Virus record (IMG/VR): IMGVR_UViG_3300037755_000850
Location: 32,348 to 96,347 of that record
Direction: 5' to 3' (one strand)
Length of the DNA stretch: 64,000 nt
Origin: a virus
Under the pieces are notes generated by a model. That model had not been told where the DNA came from, searched no databases, and saw only the letters and a program-made list of their open reading frames with translations. Positions 48,550 through 56,282 of the stretch are shown one piece after another. Both the position numbers and the translations under genes were made by a program. The first letter of the stretch is position 1. Each line of letters starts with the position of its first letter.

Positions 48550-48700
48550 AGAAATCAAGCCGTTTCAGACTCGCCCTGCGCGAATGCCTGTACCTCAAGC
48601 GGCCATGGAAAGACCTCTGGCGGGCCTTGCTGCCGGTGCGGCGATCCACGATGTCAAAGAGCAGAAAACACTTGCAATCATCCGGCAGGAAAAACTTGTA

Positions 48701-48994
48701 ATGACAACAAAAGATCGCAGGAAGTTAAAACGTAGAATAAATTGGGCTCGAAAGCAAGCTGCGTTCGGCAACATTGTCCAAGACTGTCGCGGTCATCCCG
48801 GCAAAGTGATTACTTGCAGTGGTGGTGCTGGCTACGGCAAAGGCTATATTGATATGTATGATGACAGTTGCGAAATAAAATCGCTGTTTGATGGGTCGGT
48901 ATCTTCCTGTTCCTTGTTCAATTGTGTGCCACAAAAGCTAAGATCTGAAGAAATTGATCTGCTGCTCGCTGAGCACCGTAACCAGTCACATTGA
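48701..48994 (+). CDS. Hypothetical protein
   Basis: DCRGHP...SLFDGSVSSCSLFNC motif. Confidence 0.55.
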   Translation: MTTKDRRKLKRRINWARKQAAFGNIVQDCRGHPGKVITCSGGAGYGKGYIDMYDDSCEIKSLFDGSVSSCSLFNCVPQKLRSEEIDLLLAEHRNQSH

Positions 48995-49000
48995 GAAACC

Positions 49001-49414
49001 ATGCCCATCGAAACCAAAACCGGCGAGACCGATGCCGAAAAACGCCTGATCGCCGCCATGCTAAAAGTCGATGAGGCAATCCATTTCTATCATTCAGTCC
49101 ACGGCAATGTCAGCCGCGAATCAAGATTGTCGAGATCAAATGAAATGGAAGATATTATCAAGAAGGTCGCCCGTGACACCCTCTATTGCTCATTCTGCGG
49201 CAAGACCAATCACGAGACCCAAAGACTGATCGCTGGCCCCTCAGTCTTCATCTGCGATGAGTGCATTTTTCTATGCCTGTCGATTCTGATCAAGGAGATG
49301 GACAAGAAGATTGTCGCCAAGGAAATCAAATCCATCATTGATTTTATCCGGCAGGATGATATATCTATAGAAAATAAGCCGGATACAGGAATCGATAATG
49401 AGATTGTGGATTGA
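49001..49414 (+). CDS. ClpX C4-type zinc-finger domain protein
   Basis: LYCSFCGK......[16 protein letters not shown]. Confidence 0.85.
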   Translation: MPIETKTGETDAEKRLIAAMLKVDEAIHFYHSVHGNVSRESRLSRSNEMEDIIKKVARDTLYCSFCGKTNHETQRLIAGPSVFICDECIFLCLSILIKEMDKKIVAKEIKSIIDFIRQDDISIENKPDTGIDNEIVD

Positions 49415-49709
49415 TGACGTTCGTGAGCCGCCCGATCCGGAACGCTGGGTCTGGGCCAAGACATCCGAGGAAGCCTTGACCATCATCCGTAATGGCGGCG
49501 TCGCGTTCATCTCCTTCGATCATGATCTCGATGGTAGCGACACCACCTATCCGGTGGCTAACTATATCGAGCGCCAAGCGCAAGCTGGTGTTCAGCCCCC
49601 AGGCTGGGCGATCCATTCGCAGAACCCGGTCGGACGCGTCAATTTGCGCGCCGCGCTGGAAAGCGCTGAACGCTTCTGGCGGGATTATATAAAGAGTAGA
49701 GCGGCATGA
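49398..49709 (+). CDS. Cyclic-phosphate-processing receiver-like domain protein
   Basis: LWIDDVR.P, ISFDHDL and IHSQNPVG; coupled to rtcB. Confidence 0.8.
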   Translation: MRLWIDDVREPPDPERWVWAKTSEEALTIIRNGGVAFISFDHDLDGSDTTYPVANYIERQAQAGVQPPGWAIHSQNPVGRVNLRAALESAERFWRDYIKSRAA

Positions 49710-52093
49710 CCAGATCTGATCCAGACAAGGAACGCGCTTACGAAATGGCCATTGCTGCCGGGATCGACCCCAACGCCAAGATCGCGCGTGAGGGGCTGAG
49801 ACCCATGCCAGCCTGGTGCACATTCCGACAGGCCGCGCGAGACGAGCGCATGGCGCGTGAGGCCAAAGCGTTTGGCGCAACCATCGCTCCGCAAGATCCA
49901 AAATACGCCGACAGCCCGCTGACCGTGCTCGGCAACCACGAATATGCCACTCTTGAGCAGATGAAGAACTGCATGGCTGTAGGTAATGTGGTCGGTGCGA
50001 CCTTGTGCGCTGATGGCCATCTTGGCTATGCCCAGCCGGTGGGCGGCGTGATCGCTTATGAAGGCCAGATCTCGATTTCTGGGGTTGGCTTTGATATTGG
50101 GTGCTTTACTGGTGATACCCGCATTTTTACCATGGATGGTCAAACGCCAACGTTGGCGGAAATTCAAGGGCAGGATGTTTACATCCTAGCATGCGAACCG
50201 GATGGAAAGCCAATTCCAGCGAAGGGAACTTGCTACAAAACACGCCGGTCGGCTGGCTTAGTTCGCGTCACCTTGGATAACGGAGAAACAATACGCTGCA
50301 CTCCTGACCACAAGTTCATGTTGCGCGATGGCTCATATCAGCGTGCCGATTGCCTTGTGCCAAACCAGCCCCTAATGCCGCTTTACATGACGGCTGATCG
50401 CGATGGTTACGTCCTCGTGCGCAACAACAACACGAAGAGACTGATGCGTCTTCACTGGATGGTCTATCGTGCTGGCATGACTGATCCGGCACCAGATCTC
50501 GATGGCGATGAGATGATCCTTCACCATAGGAACTTTATTCGATCGGACAACACTCCGTCAAACCTGCAACCTATGGGGAAAATTGCGCACGATGCCATGC
50601 ACGCCGCAATGCGCGATAGAGCGCACTTCAATACGCCAAAGTTCCATGCCAACAGGATAAGGGCAATCAAAAAATTCTGGGAAGGTGCTCGCCATGACGA
50701 CGAATTCATGGAGAAGCGACGCAGGACAGCATCGACCAACATCGTCTCCTATATGAACGAGCGCCCCGATCATTTCCGCGAGAGCATCAGTGAAAATGGG
50801 TTGCGAGGTGCGCAGCACATTACCAAGTTCAATTCTGATCCGGAGACGATCAAGCGCACATCAGAGCGGTCCAGAGTTCCACATATCTGCCCAATCTGCG
50901 GCTTTGTTGCCCGTGGGCCATCTGGATTGTCCATCCACGCACGCTTCAAACACCCAGAAGCCGCCGCAATAGCAAGAAGAGGAAAGAATTGGAAGCCTGG
51001 GTATCCATCACTTATCGAACGTCTAGCGGAAGCCGCAAACAACCATAAGGTCGTGTCTATCGAACCCATCACAGATGTTGAGGATGTCTACTGCCTCACC
51101 GTTCCAGGTCTTAATAATTTCGGGCTTGCAAGCGGTGTGTTCGTTCACAATTGTGGCAACCTGGCGGTGCGGCTTGATGTGCCGTTCAAAGCCATCGAAG
51201 ACAAGGTGCTGCCACTTGCTCGCGATATCGCCAAGACCATCTCGTTCGGCGTGGGCCGCACCAATGAAGAGCGCGCCGAGCATGACCTGTTTGACGATGA
51301 TGCAGCCTGGAAAGCCTCCGGCATGGAGGATTTTCGCGGCAAGGCGCAAAAACAGCTCGGCACTGTCGGTTCTGGGAATCACTATGTCGATCTCATGAAA
51401 GATGAAGACGGGTTCGTCTGGATCGGGGTGCATTTCGGCTCGCGCGGGCTTGGCCATACCGCTGCCACCCGCTATCTTAAACTTGCCGGTGGCAAGGATG
51501 GCATGCATGTGCCGCCAGCGGTGATTGATGATAATACCGAACTGGGTGAGCGCTATATCGCCGCCATGGAACTGGCTGGGCGCTATGCCTATGCGGGCCG
51601 GGAATGGGTGGTTGAGCGGGTCCGACAGATGATCGGCGGTAAGGTCACGGACAGCGTTCACAACCACCACAATTTCGCCTGGCGCGAGCGACATGGCGAC
51701 AAAAACCTCTGGGTAGTCCGCAAGGGCGCAACGCCAGCCTTCCCCGGCCAGCGCGGCTTTGTCGGCGGCTCGATGGGCGATGATGCCGTCATTCTCGAAG
51801 GCATCGAAAGCGAGGACAGCAAGGGCGCGCTCTATTCCACCGTTCATGGTGCGGGCCGGGTCTTTGGCCGCAAGGAAGCCAAGCGCCGATTTGGCCGGGC
51901 TGAAATGGATGACTGGATCAAGGCGCGCGGCGTTACCTTGATCGGCGGTGATCTCGATGAGAGTCCGATGGCCTATCGCCGCCTTGATGAAGTGTTGAGC
52001 TATCACCACAAGACCGCCCGTGTTCTGCACCGGCTGTCACCCTTTATCGTTGTCATGGCAGGGAGCGGAGAGAAAGATCCGTATAAAGATTGA
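49706..52093 (+). CDS. rtcB: RtcB RNA ligase with intein
   Basis: ADGHLGY, GFDIG|CG, QLGTVGSGNHY, HFGSRGLG, HNHHN, RKGATPA, HGAGR, DESPMAY. Confidence 0.93.
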   Translation: MTRSDPDKERAYEMAIAAGIDPNAKIAREGLRPMPAWCTFRQAARDERMAREAKAFGATIAPQDPKYADSPLTVLGNHEYATLEQMKNCMAVGNVVGATLCADGHLGYAQPVGGVIAYEGQISISGVGFDIGCFTGDTRIFTMDGQTPTLAEIQGQDVYILACEPDGKPIPAKGTCYKTRRSAGLVRVTLDNGETIRCTPDHKFMLRDGSYQRADCLVPNQPLMPLYMTADRDGYVLVRNNNTKRLMRLHWMVYRAGMTDPAPDLDGDEMILHHRNFIRSDNTPSNLQPMGKIAHDAMHAAMRDRAHFNTPKFHANRIRAIKKFWEGARHDDEFMEKRRRTASTNIVSYMNERPDHFRESISENGLRGAQHITKFNSDPETIKRTSERSRVPHICPICGFVARGPSGLSIHARFKHPEAAAIARRGKNWKPGYPSLIERLAEAANNHKVVSIEPITDVEDVYCLTVPGLNNFGLASGVFVHNCGNLAVRLDVPFKAIEDKVLPLARDIAKTISFGVGRTNEERAEHDLFDDDAAWKASGMEDFRGKAQKQLGTVGSGNHYVDLMKDEDGFVWIGVHFGSRGLGHTAATRYLKLAGGKDGMHVPPAVIDDNTELGERYIAAMELAGRYAYAGREWVVERVRQMIGGKVTDSVHNHHNFAWRERHGDKNLWVVRKGATPAFPGQRGFVGGSMGDDAVILEGIESEDSKGALYSTVHGAGRVFGRKEAKRRFGRAEMDDWIKARGVTLIGGDLDESPMAYRRLDEVLSYHHKTARVLHRLSPFIVVMAGSGEKDPYKD
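50102..51151 (+). mobile_element. Intein in RtcB (350 aa) with HNH endonuclease and C2H2 finger
   Basis: Starts CFTGDT; CTPDHKF; HHRNF..SDN..SNL; CPIC...H..KH; ends VFVHN before Cys. Confidence 0.9.
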
Positions 52094-52449
52094 TGTTGAA
52101 AGACAAGGAAGAACTCACCACTGAAGGCGGCTATTTTGCCCGCGTCATCAGTTTCATGCACGATCTGAAAGCCACCAATGGCAATTTCAGCGCCGTGTTC
52201 AAGATCGGCATCAATGCTGATACCCAAGATCCGGCGATCGGTATTGTCATCAATGATGGCATATCGCATCCTTTCACCATTGCTGAAGCCCGCAATATCG
52301 CCAGGATCTGCGAAGAAACCCTCACAGAGGGTGATTATGATGAAATCGAAAAAACTGTCAAAGAGCTGGTTGCCGAGATCAGGAGCATAGCAAATCTGGC
52401 GGAGAAGCGCCATGGTGAGATTCTGTCAAAGCTGATCACGACGCATTAG
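52093..52449 (+). CDS. Hypothetical protein
   Basis: Coupled to the rtcB stop codon. Confidence 0.55.
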   Translation: MLKDKEELTTEGGYFARVISFMHDLKATNGNFSAVFKIGINADTQDPAIGIVINDGISHPFTIAEARNIARICEETLTEGDYDEIEKTVKELVAEIRSIANLAEKRHGEILSKLITTH

Positions 52450-52451
52450 GA

Positions 52452-52526
52452 TGGTCCTGCTTCGCATAATCGAAATGCGCTTTCCCGGTCCACAACCGAG
52501 CGTCTTAACCACTAGACCAAAGCAGG
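52452..52526 (-). tRNA. tRNA-His(GTG), no G-1, A73
   Basis: CCUGCUU/AAGCAGG-ACCA; loop UUGUGGA. Confidence 0.85.
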
Positions 52527-52528
52527 TT

Positions 52529-52605
52529 TGGTCAGGGTGGCCGGACTCGAACCGGCGATCTTCTCATTCCAAGTGAGACGGGATGACCAACTTCCCCACA
52601 CCCTG
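52529..52605 (-). tRNA. tRNA-Pro(TGG)
   Basis: CAGGGUG/CACCCUG-ACCA; loop CUUGGAA. Confidence 0.9.
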
Positions 52606-52664
52606 ACAGGCCGAGCTTCAATGGCTCGGTCGAGGGTGCGGATGATGTGGAAGTCTGATCTGGA

Positions 52665-52710
52665 TTGACATGATTTTCTGTAGATATAACACTTTATGTT
52701 CGGTGTCAAG
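52665..52710. promoter_or_regulatory. Overlapping divergent promoter region
   Basis: TTGACA on both strands between divergent tRNA groups; -10 spacing imperfect. Confidence 0.4.
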
Positions 52711-52727
52711 CGTGGTATGAAATTAAT

Positions 52728-52819
52728 GGGCTCCCTTCCCTTCAATGGGCTGTAAACCCGTTGGCTTTGAAAACAGAAGGGTGGATGCCGGAGATGTTCG
52801 ATTCATCGGGGGCTCACCA
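52728..52819 (+). tRNA. Atypical D-armless tRNA-Tyr(GTA)-like RNA
   Basis: GGGCUCC/GGGGCUC-ACCA; loop CUGUAAA; 9-nt pyrimidine linker in place of the D arm; long variable region. Confidence 0.6.
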
Positions 52820-52835
52820 AATTGAGGTTGTAAAG

Positions 52836-53036
52836 ATGACTGACCAAGAGCTGTTCAAAAACCTCGCCACCTTCAGCATCGTGAAGCAAAAACAGATGCG
52901 GGATAAGGCTTTTGCCGCCCACGAAGCTGAGCGCAAAGACACATCTGATCAGCGGTGGCTCGATCATATAAAGAAGACCTTGATCGAGATCGTAGAAGAC
53001 GAAGTGCGCAAAAGAGAAGCAACGCAGGCACACTGA
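52836..53036 (+). CDS. Small hypothetical protein
   Basis: RBS GAGG; MTDQELFK. Confidence 0.5.
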   Translation: MTDQELFKNLATFSIVKQKQMRDKAFAAHEAERKDTSDQRWLDHIKKTLIEIVEDEVRKREATQAH

Positions 53037-53040
53037 CTAT

Positions 53041-53115
53041 TCGGGGATCGTCTAACTGGTAGGACATCAGATTTTGATTCTGACAATAGGGGTTCGAAGC
53101 CCTTTCCCCGATCCA
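53041..53115 (+). tRNA. tRNA-Gln(TTG)
   Basis: TCAGA-TTTTGAT-TCTGA; CCA. Confidence 0.88.
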
Positions 53116-53132
53116 GACAAAGGAGACCAACA

Positions 53133-53405
53133 ATGCCCCATTCAGACTTCTGGGCAGAAGACCCAACCAGAGTAGACCGGTTCATCGATATGTGGAACAA
53201 GGGGCTGACCGTTGACGAGATCGCCCGTGAGCTTGGCACCAGCCGTGGATCGATATCCGGCAAACGCCAGCGGCTTGATCTGCCGCGAAGATCAAACATC
53301 CTTGTGCAAAACTGGCGCGCAACGCCAGAGAAAATCGCCGGTGCCAAAAATCTGCGCCGTCTTGGATTGTCCCTTAATGCCATCGCTGAACGGTGTATGG
53401 GGTGA
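53133..53405 (+). CDS. GcrA-like HTH regulator (frameshifted extension to 53461)
   Basis: W....V.....MWNKGLTVDEIARELGTSRGSISGKRQRLDL; RBS AAGGAG. Confidence 0.75.
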   Translation: MPHSDFWAEDPTRVDRFIDMWNKGLTVDEIARELGTSRGSISGKRQRLDLPRRSNILVQNWRATPEKIAGAKNLRRLGLSLNAIAERCMG

Positions 53406-53461
53406 CAGCGGGAGCAATCCGGAAATGGGTGGCTAAAGACGTTGTGGAAGAGACTTCATAA

Positions 53462-53544
53462 GCGGGCGTGGCGGAAATGGTAGACGCATCGGGTTTAAGC
53501 CTCGATTCTTCGGAGTGAGAGTTCAAGTCTCTCCGCCCGCACCA
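53462..53544 (+). tRNA. tRNA-Leu(TAA)
   Basis: GGCGGAAATGGTAGACGC; loop TTTAAGC; variable arm; ACCA. Confidence 0.9.
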
Positions 53545-53553
53545 TCATTAAAT

Positions 53554-53630
53554 GCCCCTGTAGGCCAATTGGTAGAGTCACCTGATTTAGGATCAGGGTG
53601 TTGGGAGTTCAAGTCTCTCCAGGGGCACCA
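53554..53630 (+). tRNA. tRNA-Leu(TAG) with short variable loop
   Basis: CCTGA-TTTAGGA-TCAGG; ACCA. Confidence 0.82.
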
Positions 53631-54137
53631 TTATTCCAGCCACCCATCCGGTTTCTCCAGATAACAGACCTGAAGATCATTTTCATCAAAACTCATTTCC
53701 GCCACCGCATAGGGCGGGCCATTATACCAGGTGGTGTCGTGGGGTTTGTCGAGGTAGATGGCCGTTATGGTTCTGACCCCAACATCGGTAACCCGGTGCG
53801 GGAACTCGGCCCCGGAGCCCACCCAGAACTCCATGCCGATCTTCCAGTTTTCAAACGGCACCGGATAGACCGGACGATAGGCCCCGCCATAGCGGCGTCC
53901 CCAGATCCCTGCTGCATCCAGATCACGGATCAAGGCCATGATGTCATCAACACTGGGAAGATAGACCACAGCGTGGCCTTTGCGGCGGATGGTGCGAATG
54001 GCGCTGATGGCTTCGAACAGAGGCATCTTGCGGCGCATCAGCGCGCGGATGGCTTTGGTAATGCGGAGCTTGGCGCGGAAATGCTTGCGCAGGATGAACG
54101 TGTAGGAATCGCCGGGATTATGCTGGAATGGTTTCAT
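53631..54137 (-). CDS. Hypothetical protein
   Basis: DVGVRTITAI...WYNGPPYAVAE..FDE.DL motif. Confidence 0.6.
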   Translation of the reverse strand: MKPFQHNPGDSYTFILRKHFRAKLRITKAIRALMRRKMPLFEAISAIRTIRRKGHAVVYLPSVDDIMALIRDLDAAGIWGRRYGGAYRPVYPVPFENWKIGMEFWVGSGAEFPHRVTDVGVRTITAIYLDKPHDTTWYNGPPYAVAEMSFDENDLQVCYLEKPDGWLE

Positions 54138-54373
54138 GAGTGATTCCAACGGGCATTAGCGGCAGCTTTGGCGATTTCGGTTCGGCGCTCAGGAGTCAAC
54201 GCATTGGCCCGCGCGATGCCGCCCCTGTGTTGCTTTGATGACTGCTTGTCCTTGTCATCACCACCAAGCTCTGCGACACGCATCTTGATGATCGCCCATT
54301 GCTCGAATGTCGGCCTATCGGTGATGGCCTCAGAGAAACCTGCAAACCAGATCTTAAACCGTGCTGGCGTCAT
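54134..54373 (-). CDS. Small protein with basic GG.ARA..LTPERR.EIA..AA.ARW motif
   Basis: Recognisable basic nucleic-acid-binding-like motif. Confidence 0.6.
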   Translation of the reverse strand: MTPARFKIWFAGFSEAITDRPTFEQWAIIKMRVAELGGDDKDKQSSKQHRGGIARANALTPERRTEIAKAAANARWNHS

Positions 54374-54635
54374 TGTATTCTGCCCTCATGACTTCACGGA
54401 TCTCCTGCATCGGCGGACCTTCATGCTTTCTCCGCTTGTTGCAGCACCAGCGGCTGCAATGCGCAAGATTATCCGCAAGGCGTTCACAATCTTTCATCCA
54501 GCGAAGCCGATCGTCATTCGATTTCCAGAAATCAATCGGCGTCTCGTGAAATTTCGTGAAGATCCGCCGTGCCTTGGCCTTCATGCGCTGCTTGTCGCGG
54601 ATGCGGCGAGCGCGAGATGGTTCTGGGTAGTTCAC
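54354..54635 (-). CDS. Basic Cys-motif hypothetical protein
   Basis: SRARR...LADNLAHCS..CCN.RR...PMQE. Confidence 0.6.
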   Translation of the reverse strand: MNYPEPSRARRIRDKQRMKAKARRIFTKFHETPIDFWKSNDDRLRWMKDCERLADNLAHCSRWCCNKRRKHEGPPMQEIREVMRAEYNDASTV

Positions 54636-54636
54636 C

Positions 54637-54876
54637 TTACTGCTCCCGGTTGCCTTCTTTCAACAGCATGGCGATGAACTCATCCTCGCTGATGCCTTCA
54701 GCCGCCATGAACGCGCGAACCTGATCACTAAGCACAACTTCGCCGCCATTGAGCATGAGTGATGCCAGCTGTTCCGGATCACCCTCGCGGATCTCGCCTG
54801 CATCGATCGCTTCCTTAACATCGATATCGCCGAATTCCTGTTCTTCTTCTGGCGTTGAGGGTCTGACTTTTACCAT
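54637..54876 (-). CDS. Acidic hypothetical protein
   Basis: ATG with RBS; in operon. Confidence 0.5.
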   Translation of the reverse strand: MVKVRPSTPEEEQEFGDIDVKEAIDAGEIREGDPEQLASLMLNGGEVVLSDQVRAFMAAEGISEDEFIAMLLKEGNREQ

Positions 54877-54893
54877 GATGCACCCTTAAAGAT

Positions 54894-54968
54894 TGGAGAC
54901 GGCGGCAGGGCTCAAACCTGCATGTTCCGGATTTGCAGTCCAGCGCGATGTCAACTGAGCAGTGAGTC
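54894..54968 (-). pseudogene. Degenerate tRNA-Cys(GCA) overlapping the scaffold gene 3' end
   Basis: Intact CUGGA-CUGCAAA-UCCGG, T arm and U73-CCA; only 3 of 7 acceptor pairs form. Confidence 0.65.
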
Positions 54969-56279
54969 AAATTTCTTGCGACCGACACGGGCAACCAGAT
55001 CGACGAACGCGTCTTCATCCATTTCGGCCAGTTGCTTGATGGTCAGGCCCGCCCCGGCTGAGCCCCCCGCCCCTGACAGGCTGGCATTGGCCTGCATGGA
55101 GCGCTGAGCGTTCTGGATCTGCTGAGCGGCTTGCTGATTGACCTGTGGTGCCTGCTGACCGTTCTGGGCTGGCTGCTGCTGCGTCATCTGGTTGATCTGT
55201 GCAGGTGTCGGCGCTGGGGTCTCGACCTTCTTTTCAGGGGCCTTCCAACCCCGATGCCGGGCCATGTTGTAGAACACCGATGCTGGTGATTTGCCATCCT
55301 TGTAGGCTTTGCGCACCATCATCTTTTGCTCTTCACCAAGCTGGGCGTCGATGGCCTGCTGATTGGTGAAGCCCATTTCCTGCAATTCATTCTTGCGGCT
55401 GTCGATCAGATAGCGCCAGGCTTCGGTGAAATCAGGCTGGGCCTGCGCAAACCGGACCACATCCTGGCGGAAACTGTCATTGATCTTCATTTCCTGGGAT
55501 TGCTGGGTGGTCTGGTTCTTGATCTCGGTGACGGTTGACGCCAGAGAATCATGGCGCTTTTTCAGTTGAGCATAGGCCCCAAAAATATCCTGCTCGGGGT
55601 CGATGTCATGCTCTTCCTGGGGCTGCTGATCTTGAACCCCATTATTCTGGAGGTTCTGCGAGCCCTCCATGATCTGGGTAAGCAGATTCAAGCGTTCCTG
55701 GGCTCTGGCGTTTTCTTCCCGCAGCTTTTGCGCTTCTTCCCTGGTTTCCTTGTGCTTGACCCGTTCGGCATGCAGTGCCTGATGAGGCACATATTTGCCG
55801 GTCTTGGCATCGCGCAGCTTGCCCTCAGCATCAACAGTTACTTCGCCAGGCTCGAACTCATCTTCACCCTGAGGTTTCTGGCCCTGCTCGCCTTCTGGCT
55901 TGTCAGCAGACTGATCAACCGGCTTTTGCCTTGGTGCGTCTGCCGCATAAGGGTCAAGAGCCTGTTCCTGCGTAACCCGCTGATTGGCTTGTGGGGATTG
56001 CGATGCAGGATCAGTTGGAGCCGGATCAGGGCGCTTTTCAAGCTTGACATCCTCGCCCTTGTCATTGATCGGCAGTTGCCAATCTTCGTAAGATGATCTA
56101 TCCTGCTGGGATTGGGTTTGCTCCTGGCGCGGTGCTGGATCAGGCGCATCCGATTTCAACGCCTGCAAGGCCGCTTCAAGATCGGGCATCAGATCGGAGA
56201 CATCTTCGCCGCTGTCTTTCAGAAAATCAAGCTCTTCAAGATTAAGGCTGTTTTGGTTCTGGTTGGGTTGGTCTGACAT
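54951..56279 (-). CDS. Capsid scaffolding protein
   Basis: After portal; acidic low-complexity N-terminus; VPHQALHAER motif; C-terminal T...LAEMDEDAF. Confidence 0.75.
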   Translation of the reverse strand: MSDQPNQNQNSLNLEELDFLKDSGEDVSDLMPDLEAALQALKSDAPDPAPRQEQTQSQQDRSSYEDWQLPINDKGEDVKLEKRPDPAPTDPASQSPQANQRVTQEQALDPYAADAPRQKPVDQSADKPEGEQGQKPQGEDEFEPGEVTVDAEGKLRDAKTGKYVPHQALHAERVKHKETREEAQKLREENARAQERLNLLTQIMEGSQNLQNNGVQDQQPQEEHDIDPEQDIFGAYAQLKKRHDSLASTVTEIKNQTTQQSQEMKINDSFRQDVVRFAQAQPDFTEAWRYLIDSRKNELQEMGFTNQQAIDAQLGEEQKMMVRKAYKDGKSPASVFYNMARHRGWKAPEKKVETPAPTPAQINQMTQQQPAQNGQQAPQVNQQAAQQIQNAQRSMQANASLSGAGGSAGAGLTIKQLAEMDEDAFVDLVARVGRKKFDSLLS

Positions 56280-56282
56280 GGG

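Noticed and set aside
45611-54906. Trans-assembled split tRNA-Cys (GACGGCG at 45611 complements the Cys 3' acceptor strand)
   Set aside because: The shared match is only about 9 nt of GC-rich sequence, plausible by chance in 64 kb, and the 45607 element has its own 3' partner
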